This document shows, in pieces, positions 27,408-36,465 of a DNA stretch of 64,000 bases. This stretch comes from Limisphaerales bacterium (GTDB taxonomy: Bacteria; Verrucomicrobiota; Verrucomicrobiia; Limisphaerales; CAIMTB01): contig JBFWOK010000007.1 of the NCBI GenBank assembly GCA_050250555.1, positions 6,807-70,806 on the forward strand, given 5' to 3'. Within the stretch, counting starts at the first letter, position 1, and every line of letters starts with the position of its first letter. The notes below the pieces were generated by a model. That model was not told the DNA's origin, ran no database searches, and saw nothing but the letters and a program-made list of their open reading frames with translations. The position numbers were made by a program, and so were the translations under genes.

Positions 27408-28817
27408 ATGGCGGAAAAATCACTGAACGACATTCCCCGCGCCCTTCGCGAGCAGTTCGATCGCGGCATGGCCGCCTACAACAAACAGAACCTCGGCTAC
27501 GCGGTCACCCTCTTCACCGACGTCCTGAAAAAGGAGCCGGCGTTCTATGAATGCCGGGAAGCCCTCCGAGCCGCCCAGTTTCGCAAGGGCGGCAAATCCG
27601 GTGGCCTGTTCAAACGCTTCCTCGGCCAGGCCCATCCCGTGCTCGCCAAAGCCCAAATCGCGCTCCGATCCAATCCCTCGGAAGCCCTTCACAGCGCCGA
27701 AGAGGTCCTCAACGACGACCCGCGCAACAACGCCGCCCACGAACTGCTCGCGCGCGCGGCCATGAGCATCGGACTGCCCCGCACCGCCGTCCTGTCCCTC
27801 GAAATCGTCTTCAAAGCCACTCCCGCCGATCGCGGCGTCGCCATGCGCCTCGCCCAGGCCCTCGTCGCCGCCGGTCAGGTCGAACGCGCCGACCGCATCT
27901 ACTCCGACCTCCTCGCCGCCAATCCCGCCGACCTCGAAGTGGCGCGCGCCTACAAGGATCTCGGCGCGCGCCGCACCATTCACGAAAAGGGATACGCCGA
28001 GTTCGGATCCAAGTCCGCCTCCTACCGGGACGCCCTCAAGGACAAGGAGGAAGCCGTCACGCTCGAACAGGAGAGCCGCACCCTCAAGGCCGAGGAAGTC
28101 TCCGATCGACTGCTCGCCGAATACCAGGAACGCCTCGCCCGCGAACCCGGCAACCCGAAGGTCCTCCGCACGATCGCCGACCTCCACGCCACCGCCGGAC
28201 GCCACGACGACGCCCTCGCCGTCTACCAGCAGATCCTCGATCTCGAAGGCCGAAAGGATCCCGCCCTCGAAAAGGCCGTCGCCGATGTCCGCCTCTCCCA
28301 ATTCAACGCCCGGATCGATGCCCTCGATCCGTCCGAACCCGAATACCCTTCCCGCCTCGCGCAGCTCGAGCGCGAGCGCGCCGATTTCGAACTGGCGGAC
28401 TGCAAGTCGCGCGTCGAACGGTTTCCGACCGACCTCGCCATCCGCTTCGAACTGGGCCAGCTCTGCTTCCGCCTCGGAAGGTTCCCCGAGGCGATCCAGG
28501 AATTGCAGAAGGCCCAGTCGCATCCGCACCACCGCCTCGCCGCCATGGGACTGCTCGCGCGCTGCTTCGCCCGTCGGGGCATGAACGATCTCGCCGCGCG
28601 CACGCTGCAGAACGCCCTCAAGGAAAAGCCCGTGTTCGATGAAGAGAAAAAGGAGCTCCTCTACGAATTGGGCGTCGTGCTCGAGAAGATGGGAAAGGCG
28701 TCCGAGGCGATCGAGCAGTTCAAGATGATCTACGAAAACGACATCGGTTTCCGCGACACCGCGGCCCGCGTGGACGCCCACTACGCCGCGCAGGCTGGCA
28801 GTATCCCCCCGGGCTGA
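27408..28817 (+). CDS. TPR-repeat protein
   Basis: Repeating 34-aa Ala/Leu/Tyr helical pattern throughout (e.g. AVTLFTDVLKKEPAFYECREAL, ALAVYQQILDLEGRKDPAL). Starts 15 nt after the GT stop. Confidence 0.7.
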   Translation: MAEKSLNDIPRALREQFDRGMAAYNKQNLGYAVTLFTDVLKKEPAFYECREALRAAQFRKGGKSGGLFKRFLGQAHPVLAKAQIALRSNPSEALHSAEEVLNDDPRNNAAHELLARAAMSIGLPRTAVLSLEIVFKATPADRGVAMRLAQALVAAGQVERADRIYSDLLAANPADLEVARAYKDLGARRTIHEKGYAEFGSKSASYRDALKDKEEAVTLEQESRTLKAEEVSDRLLAEYQERLAREPGNPKVLRTIADLHATAGRHDDALAVYQQILDLEGRKDPALEKAVADVRLSQFNARIDALDPSEPEYPSRLAQLERERADFELADCKSRVERFPTDLAIRFELGQLCFRLGRFPEAIQELQKAQSHPHHRLAAMGLLARCFARRGMNDLAARTLQNALKEKPVFDEEKKELLYELGVVLEKMGKASEAIEQFKMIYENDIGFRDTAARVDAHYAAQAGSIPPG

Positions 28818-28940
28818 CTCAACCGCGAAACGGCGACGGCAACCACCGACAAAGCGGCAAACCCGGAATGTAAGGAGGTTGCGAACAAAGCCCCGGCAAC
28901 CTCCCGGAACGTACCCACCAGCCCTCCAAATCCCCCCGTT

Positions 28941-28970
28941 TCCGTGTATTCCGTGCCTTCCGTGGTTGAA
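28941..28970 (+). repeat. TCCGTG triple-9-mer repeat element (copy 3)
   Basis: tccgtgtat tccgtgcct tccgtggtt gaa, between the convergent TPR and polyprenyl synthase genes. Confidence 0.85.
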
Positions 28971-28992
28971 ACTGCCGTTCCCTTTCCCAGTC

Positions 28993-29931
28993 TCACCGAT
29001 CCCGTTTGAGCAGGAATTCCGCCAACGCCTGAAGCGCGACCGCCCGGCCGCGAAACGGCTTCAGCGCCGCGAACGCCTTCGAAGTCAGTTGCTCCGCGAT
29101 CCGCCGCGACTTCTCCAGACCCACGATCGACGGATAGGTCGCCTTCGCCGCGGCCACATCCTTCCCCGCCGTCTTTCCCAGGTTCTCGCTCGTCTGCGTC
29201 ACGTCGAGAATGTCGTCGATCACCTGGAACGCGAGACCCACGTGGTAACCGAAATCGGTCAACGCCTCCAAATGCGCCGGCGTGCAATTGGCGCTCATCC
29301 CACCCAACCGGACCGAGGCGCACAGAAGCGCCGAGGTCTTCCGCTCGTGGATGTAGCGGAGTTGGGGGACGGACAAATCCCGGCCTTCGCCCTCGAGGTC
29401 GGCGACCTGCCCCGCGATCAGCTGAAGCGATCCCCCGGCCTGCGCGAGCTCCCGAACCTGCGCCGACACCGGATACCGCTTGCTCGCCGGAGCCTGCGCG
29501 AGAATCTCGAACGCGACCGTCAGCAAGGCGTCCCCAGCCAGAATCGCGATCCCCTCCCCGAACACTTTGTGGTTGGTCGGCTTGCCCCGCCGGAAATCGT
29601 CGTTGTCCATCGCCGGAAGATCGTCGTGGATCAACGAATAGGTGTGGACGCATTCCACCGCCGCCGCCGCGGGCAACGCTTCCAGGATGCCCCCTCCGCA
29701 CGCCTCCGCCGCCGCCAACACCAGCGCGGGCCGGATGCGCTTGCCCCCGGCGAACAGGCTGTACCGCATGGCCTTGTGAATCGTCGAAGGCCGAACCCCC
29801 GCTTTCGGCAGAAATCCGTCCAAGGCGGCATTCACCGACGCGGTCCGTTCCCGCAGGTAGTTCTCCAGATCGAATTCGACTTTGGATTGGGACCCCGGTC
29901 CGGAACCGCCGGGCGACGTCTGACGTGGCAT
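28993..29931 (-). CDS. polyprenyl diphosphate synthase (FPP/GGPP synthase, IspA-like)
   Basis: FARM LIHDDLPAMDNDDFRRGKPTNH and SARM FQVIDDILD. Start taken at the M27 ATG (29931); chain-length specificity cannot be called. Confidence 0.85.
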   Translation of the reverse strand: MPRQTSPGGSGPGSQSKVEFDLENYLRERTASVNAALDGFLPKAGVRPSTIHKAMRYSLFAGGKRIRPALVLAAAEACGGGILEALPAAAAVECVHTYSLIHDDLPAMDNDDFRRGKPTNHKVFGEGIAILAGDALLTVAFEILAQAPASKRYPVSAQVRELAQAGGSLQLIAGQVADLEGEGRDLSVPQLRYIHERKTSALLCASVRLGGMSANCTPAHLEALTDFGYHVGLAFQVIDDILDVTQTSENLGKTAGKDVAAAKATYPSIVGLEKSRRIAEQLTSKAFAALKPFRGRAVALQALAEFLLKRDR

Positions 29932-30054
29932 GTCCGGCGACGTATAGGGAGCCACCCTCCGGCCGGCAAGATTTTCCATCCAAGTTTGGTATTGCCCACC
30001 GCCTTCCACCCACTACTCTTCCCGCCCCTCGACGCAACCAGGGAAATCCCGAAC

Positions 30055-30324
30055 GTGAATTCCGACCTGATCCGCAAGGCCCTCGACAAGGTGGGCAATC
30101 CCAACGTCCTCGTGAACCTCGTGTCCCGCCGCGTTCGTCAGCTGAACGGCGGCGGCGGCGGAATGGGACGTCCCCTCGTGTCGGATACGATCGGCCTCGG
30201 CGTCGCCGACATCGCCCTCGTCGAAATCCTCGAGGACAAAATCACCTGGGAACACGCCCTCGACGAAATCGAGGCCGAAACCAGCCGAAAACGGCGCCGA
30301 CGCCAACCCACCGTCCTCGAGTGA
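30055..30324 (+). CDS. rpoZ: DNA-directed RNA polymerase omega subunit
   Basis: GTG at 30055, in frame with the tail of shadow ORF 28879..30324. KVGNPNVLVNLVSRRVRQL and DIALVEILEDKI parallel E. coli KIGNRFDLVLVAARRARQM and IALREIEEGLI. 89 aa. Confidence 0.7.
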   Translation: MNSDLIRKALDKVGNPNVLVNLVSRRVRQLNGGGGGMGRPLVSDTIGLGVADIALVEILEDKITWEHALDEIEAETSRKRRRRQPTVLE

Positions 30325-30448
30325 CCCCTTGACTCCCTGACCCTTTGACATTCCGCGGGCCCGGCCCGCCTCGAACGCCCCGGGACCTCCACCCCCGGGG
30401 CGTTTCGCTTTCACCGCCAGCCCCTCTTCCCCAACTCTCAACCCAGCC

Positions 30449-30901
30449 ATGGCCGACATCGTCCACAACCCGAAAGCCCGGCGGGATTACGAGATCCTCG
30501 AAACCTACGAAGCCGGCATCGTCCTCCGTGGCACCGAGGTCAAAGCCCTTCGCGCCGGCAAAGCCCAGATCTCCGACGCCTTCGCCCGCATCGAGAACCA
30601 GCAGGCCTGGCTCCACAACGCCCATATCGACGAGTACTCCTGGGGCAATCGGAACAATCACCAGCCCAAGGCCCCGAGAAAGCTCCTCCTCCACAAGAAC
30701 GAAATCCGCAAACTCGCCGCCGCGGCCAGCATCAAGGGCCACACGCTCGTCCCCCTCGCGTTCTATTGGAAAGCCGGCCGCGTCAAAGTCTCCCTCGCCG
30801 TCGGCCGCGGCAAACAGCTCCACGACAAACGCCAGGACCTCCGAAAACGCGACGCCGATCGTGATCTCCAACGCGCCCTCAACCACCGCGTCTCCCGGTA
30901 G
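30449..30901 (+). CDS. smpB: SsrA-binding protein
   Basis: NPKARRDYEILETYEAGIVLRGTEVKALR...HIDEYSWGN...RKLLLHKNEIRKL...LVPLAFYWKAGRVKVSLAVGRGKQLHDKRQD. Confidence 0.95.
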   Translation: MADIVHNPKARRDYEILETYEAGIVLRGTEVKALRAGKAQISDAFARIENQQAWLHNAHIDEYSWGNRNNHQPKAPRKLLLHKNEIRKLAAAASIKGHTLVPLAFYWKAGRVKVSLAVGRGKQLHDKRQDLRKRDADRDLQRALNHRVSR

Positions 30902-30928
30902 CCGTCCCATCCGTCCCATCCGTCCCAA
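30902..30928. repeat. tandem 9-mer (CCGTCCCAT x2 + CCGTCCCAA) immediately after the smpB stop
   Basis: Read directly; same GTCCCAT core as the 12821-12894 hairpin. Confidence 0.9.
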
Positions 30929-31090
30929 CCGGCGCCCTCTCGCAGGCGCCAGGTTCCCCGGCCGCCCGGCCCCCCGAAATCTGGCCTGCAACTTCCCGCC
31001 CCTCCGCCGGGTGTTGACGCCACCGCCGCCAGTCGATGGCCGCGGAAAACTCAAAACAAAAACCAATCCTTCCCTCACGGAATCCTCGCC

Positions 31091-31666
31091 ATGAAATCAT
31101 TCGCCCGTCTCGCCGCCACCACCTGCCTCGCCATCGCCTGCCTCACCCCCAGCCTCCACGCGGCCGACCCAGTCGCCGACCCCGCCGCCGGCTTCGTCGA
31201 CTTCGGCAAGTTCACACCTCCAACCGGCGGCGGCCAGTTCGTCGAGGTCAACATCAAGTCGTCCCTCATCGGCCTCGCCGCGCGCCTCGCGGAATCCGCC
31301 GAACCCGATGTCGCCGATCTCCTCCGCAAACTCCACGCCATCCGCGTCAATGTCATCGGCGTCGATGACGCCAACCGCGCCGAACTCGGCGAACGCCTCG
31401 CCCGCATCCGAACCGAACTCGACGCCAAGGGCTGGGAACGCATCGTCACGGTCCAGGAAAAGAACCAGGAGGTCGGAGTCTACCTGCGCCAGCGCGGCGA
31501 AGAGGCCATCGAGGGAGTCGTCGTCACAGTCCTCGAACCCAACAAGGAAGCCGTTCTCGTCAATGTCGTCGGCGACATCCGCCCCGAGAAGATCGCGGAA
31601 CTGGGCGAGCGCTTCGGCATCGATCCCCTGAAGAAGCTCGGGGCCGCCACCCGCAAGAAGTCCTGA
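31091..31666 (+). CDS. secreted DUF4252-like protein
   Basis: Signal peptide MKSFARLAATTCLAIACLTPSLHA. The pattern IRVNVIG...GWERIVTVQEKNQEVGVYLR...IEGVVVTVLEPNKEAVLVNVVGDI is typical of DUF4252. Confidence 0.6.
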   Translation: MKSFARLAATTCLAIACLTPSLHAADPVADPAAGFVDFGKFTPPTGGGQFVEVNIKSSLIGLAARLAESAEPDVADLLRKLHAIRVNVIGVDDANRAELGERLARIRTELDAKGWERIVTVQEKNQEVGVYLRQRGEEAIEGVVVTVLEPNKEAVLVNVVGDIRPEKIAELGERFGIDPLKKLGAATRKKS

Positions 31667-31822
31667 TCGAACCCAGCCCCGTCGCGAATCCGATTCCCGA
31701 CGGCGCTCCCGCTCCCGCTCCCGATCCCGATCCTCACCCGCGTCGATGGGCGCCGCGTGGACGGGATCGGGAACATCCCCCGGACCGTTCCCTTCCGAAA
31801 AGCGCCGAATCGAATCCAAGCC

Positions 31823-32512
31823 ATGAACACACTTTCCACCACCCCCTCCCTTGCGGACTGCGCCCTTCCGATCCCCGCCTCCTCCGCCTCCGCCTCCGCG
31901 ACCGTCGCCACACGAGCCACGCGATCGCGCTCCCCATGGCGTTGGTTCTTTCTCGCGTTCGGAATTCTCGCGGCGATCGCCGTGTTCGCGATCGTCTCCC
32001 TGATTCTCTCGTTCCGAATGGGCGGGGAGGCGCGTTCCATCCGCAAGGCGGTCTTCGCCGCGACGCCGGGCGAATGGAAACGGGATTTCGAATTCGGTGT
32101 GGGCCGACTCCCCGCCTTCCTTGCCCGCGCCGGATTCCAGTTCGCCGACTCGAAGCTCAATCTTCCCCCCGAGGCCGCGGCCGGAATCGCCGCGTTCCGG
32201 TCCGCCGACGTCGGGATCTACCGGCGCCGCGGCTCCTCAGCCGACCTCGAGGCCACGAGGACCGCCCTCGGAAATGTCGACGACCTCATGGAAGCGCGGG
32301 ATTGGGATTCGATCGTCTCGGTCCAGGAGGGGAGCCAATCCGTGCGCGTCTTCGTTCCAAATTCGCTCAGCGATCCGAGCGACACACGGGCCTGCGTGGT
32401 TGTCATCGAGCGGGACCAGATGGTCATCGTCTCCGCGCGCGCCAACCTGGAACCGCTCTTGGAAATCGTCCGAACGAAGCTGGCCGAGCAGCAGTTCCTG
32501 CATGTTCACTGA
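31823..32512 (+). CDS. membrane-anchored hypothetical protein with a DUF4252-like C-terminal half
   Basis: ATG at 31823, one TM segment (WRWFFLAFGILAAIAVFAIVSLIL), then VGIYRRR...WDSIVSVQEGSQSVRVFV...ACVVVIERDQMVIVSARANL echoing the upstream gene. Confidence 0.5.
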   Translation: MNTLSTTPSLADCALPIPASSASASATVATRATRSRSPWRWFFLAFGILAAIAVFAIVSLILSFRMGGEARSIRKAVFAATPGEWKRDFEFGVGRLPAFLARAGFQFADSKLNLPPEAAAGIAAFRSADVGIYRRRGSSADLEATRTALGNVDDLMEARDWDSIVSVQEGSQSVRVFVPNSLSDPSDTRACVVVIERDQMVIVSARANLEPLLEIVRTKLAEQQFLHVH

Positions 32513-32731
32513 CGTTCATGCGGTTCCTCGATATTCCCGGTGGGTCATCGGCCCAGCCGATTCACGCCTGGGGCTTGGGTCGCTCCTAGGAGCGGCCCGT
32601 TCCGACGGCGTCTCACGTTGATTCCTCGCGATCTCAGCCCATCCATCCACTGGAATCATCGCGGAACCGTTCATGCCCGCCGGATTTCTCGTTGTTCATG
32701 GGCTCCTCCGGCGTAGCATCGCCGGGTTCCC

Positions 32732-34453
32732 ATGGCCGAACCGACCGAACATCCCACTCGATTTCCATCGCCATCGTCGGGCCGACCGTCGCCGCTCCTG
32801 ATCCACCGGCTCCTGGATCGCCCCAGGACCTGGGCGCCGCAGCAAAAGATCACCTATCGGAACTCACGGGAACTGACGTACACGGAGTTCCTTGAACGCG
32901 TCCGGAGGCTCGGCGGCGCGCTCACGAGGCTCGGAGTCCGCGCCGGCGACCGCGTGGGGGTCATCGACTGGGACAGTCACCGGTATCTCGAATGTTTCTT
33001 CGCGATTCCGATGCTCGGGGCGGTCCTCCACACGATCAACGCACGGCTTTCACCGGAGCAAACTCTCTTCACCATCCGGCACGCCGAAGATTCCGTCCTC
33101 CTCGTCCACCCCGATTTCCACCCACTCGTCGAGGGCTTGCTTCCCCACCTTCCGTCGGTTCGAACCTGCGTCGCGCTCCCGGACCCACCCGCCACGGTCG
33201 CTTCCACTCCGCAGTCAGTCCCATCATCCGCCCTCCGTTTCGCCGGCGAATACGAATCCCTGCTCGCCGAGACGCCGCCCGACTTTGCTTTTCCGGAGTT
33301 CGACGAAGACACCATCGCCACGCTGTCGTACACGACGGGCACGACCGGCGACCCGAAGGGTGTCTTCTTCAGCCACCGTCAACTCGTCCTTCACACCCTG
33401 GGCGCGGGCCTTGGTCTCACCGCCATCGACGACCCCGTCGGTTTGAGCGCCGACGATGTCTACATGCCCCTCACGCCGATGTTCCACGTCCATGCCTGGG
33501 GCGTGCCCTACATCGCCACCCTGCTGGGGATGCGTCAGATTTACCCCGGCCGGTACGAGCCCCAAGGGCTGCTCGACCTCATCACCCGTCATCGGGTCAG
33601 TTTCTCGCACTGCGTTCCCACGATCCTTCAGATGCTGCTCAATCACCCGGCGTCGGCCGCCGCGGACCTGTCCCACCTCAAGGTCATCGTCGGAGGTTCG
33701 GCGCTTCCCCGGGACCTCGCCCAACGGGCCATGGACCGCGGCATCCGCATCATGAGCGGCTATGGCATGTCCGAAACCTGCCCCATCATCGGCGTCGCCC
33801 ATTTCAAGCCCGACGATCATCGCGCGGATCACGATCGCCGGCTCGACCTCCTCACGCGCAGCGGATTCCCGGTTCCCCTGGCCCAGGCCGCGGCCGTCTC
33901 CCCGGACGACAAGCTGCTTCCTCCGGGACCCGAAAACACGGGCGAACTCGTCGTCCGCGCGCCCTGGCTCACCCCCGGCTACTACCGTGACGTGGAACGT
34001 TCCCGCGACCTGTGGCGCTCGGGTTGGCTCCACACCGGCGACCTCGCCCACCTCGACGACGAGGGCTATATCCGGATCACCGACCGCCTCAAGGACGTCA
34101 TCAAGACCGGCGGCGAATGGATCTCATCGCTGGAGCTCGAGAACGCGCTGGGACAACACCCCGCCGTGAAGGAGGTCGCCGTCGTGGGTATCGCCGACCC
34201 CAAATGGGGCGAACGTCCCCACGCCGAAGTCGTCCTCCGGGAAGCGCCGGAGAATCGCCCCTCGGAACGGGACCTGATTCACTTTCTTCGCGCTTTCGTC
34301 GACCGCGGCACCCTCCACAAACGTGCGATCCTGACCGCGATCCGATTCGTCGACGCGATCCCGAAGACCAGCGTGGGCAAGGTCAACAAGCGCCAACTGC
34401 GAACCCAACTCGCCGCGACCGCGCCTTCCACGAACCCTCCCGACTCCCCCTGA
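32732..34453 (+). CDS. AMP-dependent acyl-CoA synthetase/ligase (fatty-acid-CoA ligase family)
   Basis: AMP-binding motif LSYTTGTTGDPKGVFFSHRQL, plus GYGMSETCP, WLHTGDLAHLDDEGYIRITDRLKDVIKTGGEWISS and IPKTSVGKVNKRQLR. Confidence 0.9.
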   Translation: MAEPTEHPTRFPSPSSGRPSPLLIHRLLDRPRTWAPQQKITYRNSRELTYTEFLERVRRLGGALTRLGVRAGDRVGVIDWDSHRYLECFFAIPMLGAVLHTINARLSPEQTLFTIRHAEDSVLLVHPDFHPLVEGLLPHLPSVRTCVALPDPPATVASTPQSVPSSALRFAGEYESLLAETPPDFAFPEFDEDTIATLSYTTGTTGDPKGVFFSHRQLVLHTLGAGLGLTAIDDPVGLSADDVYMPLTPMFHVHAWGVPYIATLLGMRQIYPGRYEPQGLLDLITRHRVSFSHCVPTILQMLLNHPASAAADLSHLKVIVGGSALPRDLAQRAMDRGIRIMSGYGMSETCPIIGVAHFKPDDHRADHDRRLDLLTRSGFPVPLAQAAAVSPDDKLLPPGPENTGELVVRAPWLTPGYYRDVERSRDLWRSGWLHTGDLAHLDDEGYIRITDRLKDVIKTGGEWISSLELENALGQHPAVKEVAVVGIADPKWGERPHAEVVLREAPENRPSERDLIHFLRAFVDRGTLHKRAILTAIRFVDAIPKTSVGKVNKRQLRTQLAATAPSTNPPDSP

Positions 34454-34478
34454 GCGCATCCACCCCTTGATTCACGCC

Positions 34479-36065
34479 ATGAAATCCAAGCCACCCTGCC
34501 TCCTGCTGCTCCTCGCGGCGACGCTCCTTCTGTCTCCCGCCCGCGCCCGCGCGGCGGACGGCGCCGCCAACGCTCCCCGGCCCAACATCGTGTTCATCAT
34601 GTCCGACGACCACGCGGCCCACGCGATCAGCGCTTACGGGAGCGTCATCAACCGGACGCCCTTCATCGACCGTCTCGGCGCCGAAGGCCTTCGGCTGCAA
34701 AACTGCTTCGCCGTCAATTCCATCTGCACACCCAGCCGGGCGACAATCCTCACGGGCCAGTACAGCCACATCAACGGAGTGCCCGTCTTCAACCATCTCC
34801 CGATGTCCACCCGGACCGTCGCCCAACGGATGAGGGACGCCGGTTACTTCACCGCCATGGTCGGCAAGTGGCACCTCGGCACCGATCCTCAGGGCTTCGA
34901 TTACTGGAACATCCTTCCCGGCCAGGGCCGGTACAACGATCCCATCCTCTACCAGCACGACGGCCACCGCGTCTATCGGGGCTATGTCACCGACGTCATC
35001 ACCGACATCGCCATCGCCGCCCTCGAATCCCGTCCGAAGGACAAGCCCTTCTTCCTGATGTGCCACCACAAGGCCCCGCACAGGGATTGGACGCCGAACG
35101 AGAAGTACCGGCGGGAATTCGCCAGGCGCACGATTCCCGAACCCGCCACGCTGCGCGACGATTACGCCGGCCGTTCCGACGCCCTTCGCGAACAGAAGCA
35201 GTCCGTCTTCCGCGATCTCACCCGTCGCGACCTCAAGCTCACCCCGCCCTCGGAACTCGCGGGCGCCGAACTCCAGCGCTGGCTGGGCGTCAAACCCGAC
35301 TCCGTCGAGATCGAACGGGACGGCGTCAAGACCACGCTGTCCGGACCGGAGCTCGATCAATGGAAATACCAGCGGTACCTCCAGGACTACCTCGCCTGCA
35401 TTCAGAGCGTCGACGACAACGTCGGACGGCTCACGGACTGGCTCGATGCCCACGGCCTTCGGGACAACACACTCATCATCTACACCTCGGACCAGGGATT
35501 CTTCCTCGGGGACCACGGGATGTACGACAAGCGGTTCATGTACGAACACTCCCTTCGCATGCCCTTCCTCGCGCGCTGGCCCGCCGGCATCGCCCCGGGA
35601 ACTCGCGCGGACGCGCTCGCCATCAATTGCGACTTCGCGCCCACCTTCCTGGAACTCGCCGGTGTGCCGACCCCTCCTGAAATGCAGGGCCGCAGTCTCG
35701 TGCCGCTGTTCGGCGGAAAGAAACCCGGCTCCTGGCGGGATGCGGTCTACTACCGCTACTACCACGACCCCGGCCACCACGACACCCGCGCCCACTACGG
35801 CATCCGCACCGAAACCCACAAGCTCATCCATTTCTGGAAGAAGGATCAGTGGGAACTCTACGATCTCACCCGGGATCCCGACGAACTCGACAATCTCTAC
35901 TCCAAAGCCTCGGCGACCGAAACCGTCCGAACCCTCAAGGAGCGGTTGTACCGCCTCAAGGCGGAGCTCAACGACAACGGGCAGTATTCGGAAGCCATCC
36001 CGCGCGACGACGTCGACCGGGCGCCACCCCAGCTGAAGACGCGCCTCCCGGATTCGCAGCTCTGA
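34479..36065 (+). CDS. sulfatase (canonical CxPSR; glucosamine-6-sulfatase-like layout)
   Basis: Signal peptide MKSKPPCLLLLLAATLLLSPARA. PNIVFIMSDDHAAHAISAYG, SICTPSRATILTGQYSH, MCHHKAPHRDW and IIYTSDQGFFLGDHGMYDKR. Confidence 0.9.
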   Translation: MKSKPPCLLLLLAATLLLSPARARAADGAANAPRPNIVFIMSDDHAAHAISAYGSVINRTPFIDRLGAEGLRLQNCFAVNSICTPSRATILTGQYSHINGVPVFNHLPMSTRTVAQRMRDAGYFTAMVGKWHLGTDPQGFDYWNILPGQGRYNDPILYQHDGHRVYRGYVTDVITDIAIAALESRPKDKPFFLMCHHKAPHRDWTPNEKYRREFARRTIPEPATLRDDYAGRSDALREQKQSVFRDLTRRDLKLTPPSELAGAELQRWLGVKPDSVEIERDGVKTTLSGPELDQWKYQRYLQDYLACIQSVDDNVGRLTDWLDAHGLRDNTLIIYTSDQGFFLGDHGMYDKRFMYEHSLRMPFLARWPAGIAPGTRADALAINCDFAPTFLELAGVPTPPEMQGRSLVPLFGGKKPGSWRDAVYYRYYHDPGHHDTRAHYGIRTETHKLIHFWKKDQWELYDLTRDPDELDNLYSKASATETVRTLKERLYRLKAELNDNGQYSEAIPRDDVDRAPPQLKTRLPDSQL

Positions 36066-36128
36066 TCCGGCCCTTCCCGGGCGCCCCGCGCCTCCGCGGC
36101 TCCGTGAGAGTTCCCTGGGACGACCATT

Positions 36129-36251
36129 ACGGGACAAGGCCCGTAGGGCCCCGGAGGGGCACCGGACATTAGCCGGCGGCAAGCCCGCTCCGGCGGGCGC
36201 GGCCGCCGGTCCCCGAACCCGCGCCATCGCGCCCCGGAGGGGCGCCGGACA
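36129..36251. repeat. cluster of four short GC hairpins including a 21-bp direct repeat
   Basis: GCCCCGGAGGGGCaCCGGACA (36148-36168) and GCCCCGGAGGGGCgCCGGACA (36231-36251). Also GCCCGC-tccg-GCGGGC at 36183-36198 and ACGGG-acaag-CCCGT near 36129-36144. Confidence 0.8.
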
Positions 36252-36465
36252 AGCCCATCGAGCAAACTTCCGAACTCGTCGAGGATGCGGGGAGATCGCC
36301 TCGCCAAAGGTCGCCCGCAGAATCCCATCCCTTGCCCCCCACAAAAAAATCGCCACTGAATGTTCGCGGATCGGCTCACGCTGCCGATGAATAGGGATTG
36401 TTCCGCCGGGATTGGATCCCGGGCGTGGCCGATGGATCGTGGATTTCTGGACTCGAAATTCGCTT

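Noticed and set aside
28879-30324. 481-aa plus-strand ORF spanning the polyprenyl synthase locus.
   Set aside because: Only the last 89 codons (from GTG 30055) look like a real protein (RpoZ). The rest is antisense to the polyprenyl synthase gene and is Arg/Pro-rich.
30902-31090. Possible tmRNA (ssrA) gene next to smpB.
   Set aside because: No tRNA-like acceptor/T-arm (GGTTCGAATCC...CCA) or tag-reading-frame features are visible. The spacer contains only the 9-mer repeat and an A-rich stretch.
36155-36172. Sigma-54-like GGCAC...GC element in the spacer before the giant gene.
   Set aside because: The GG-to-GC spacing is 14 rather than 12 nt, and the -12 element reads TAGC, not TTGC. It is better explained as part of the repeated GC hairpin unit.
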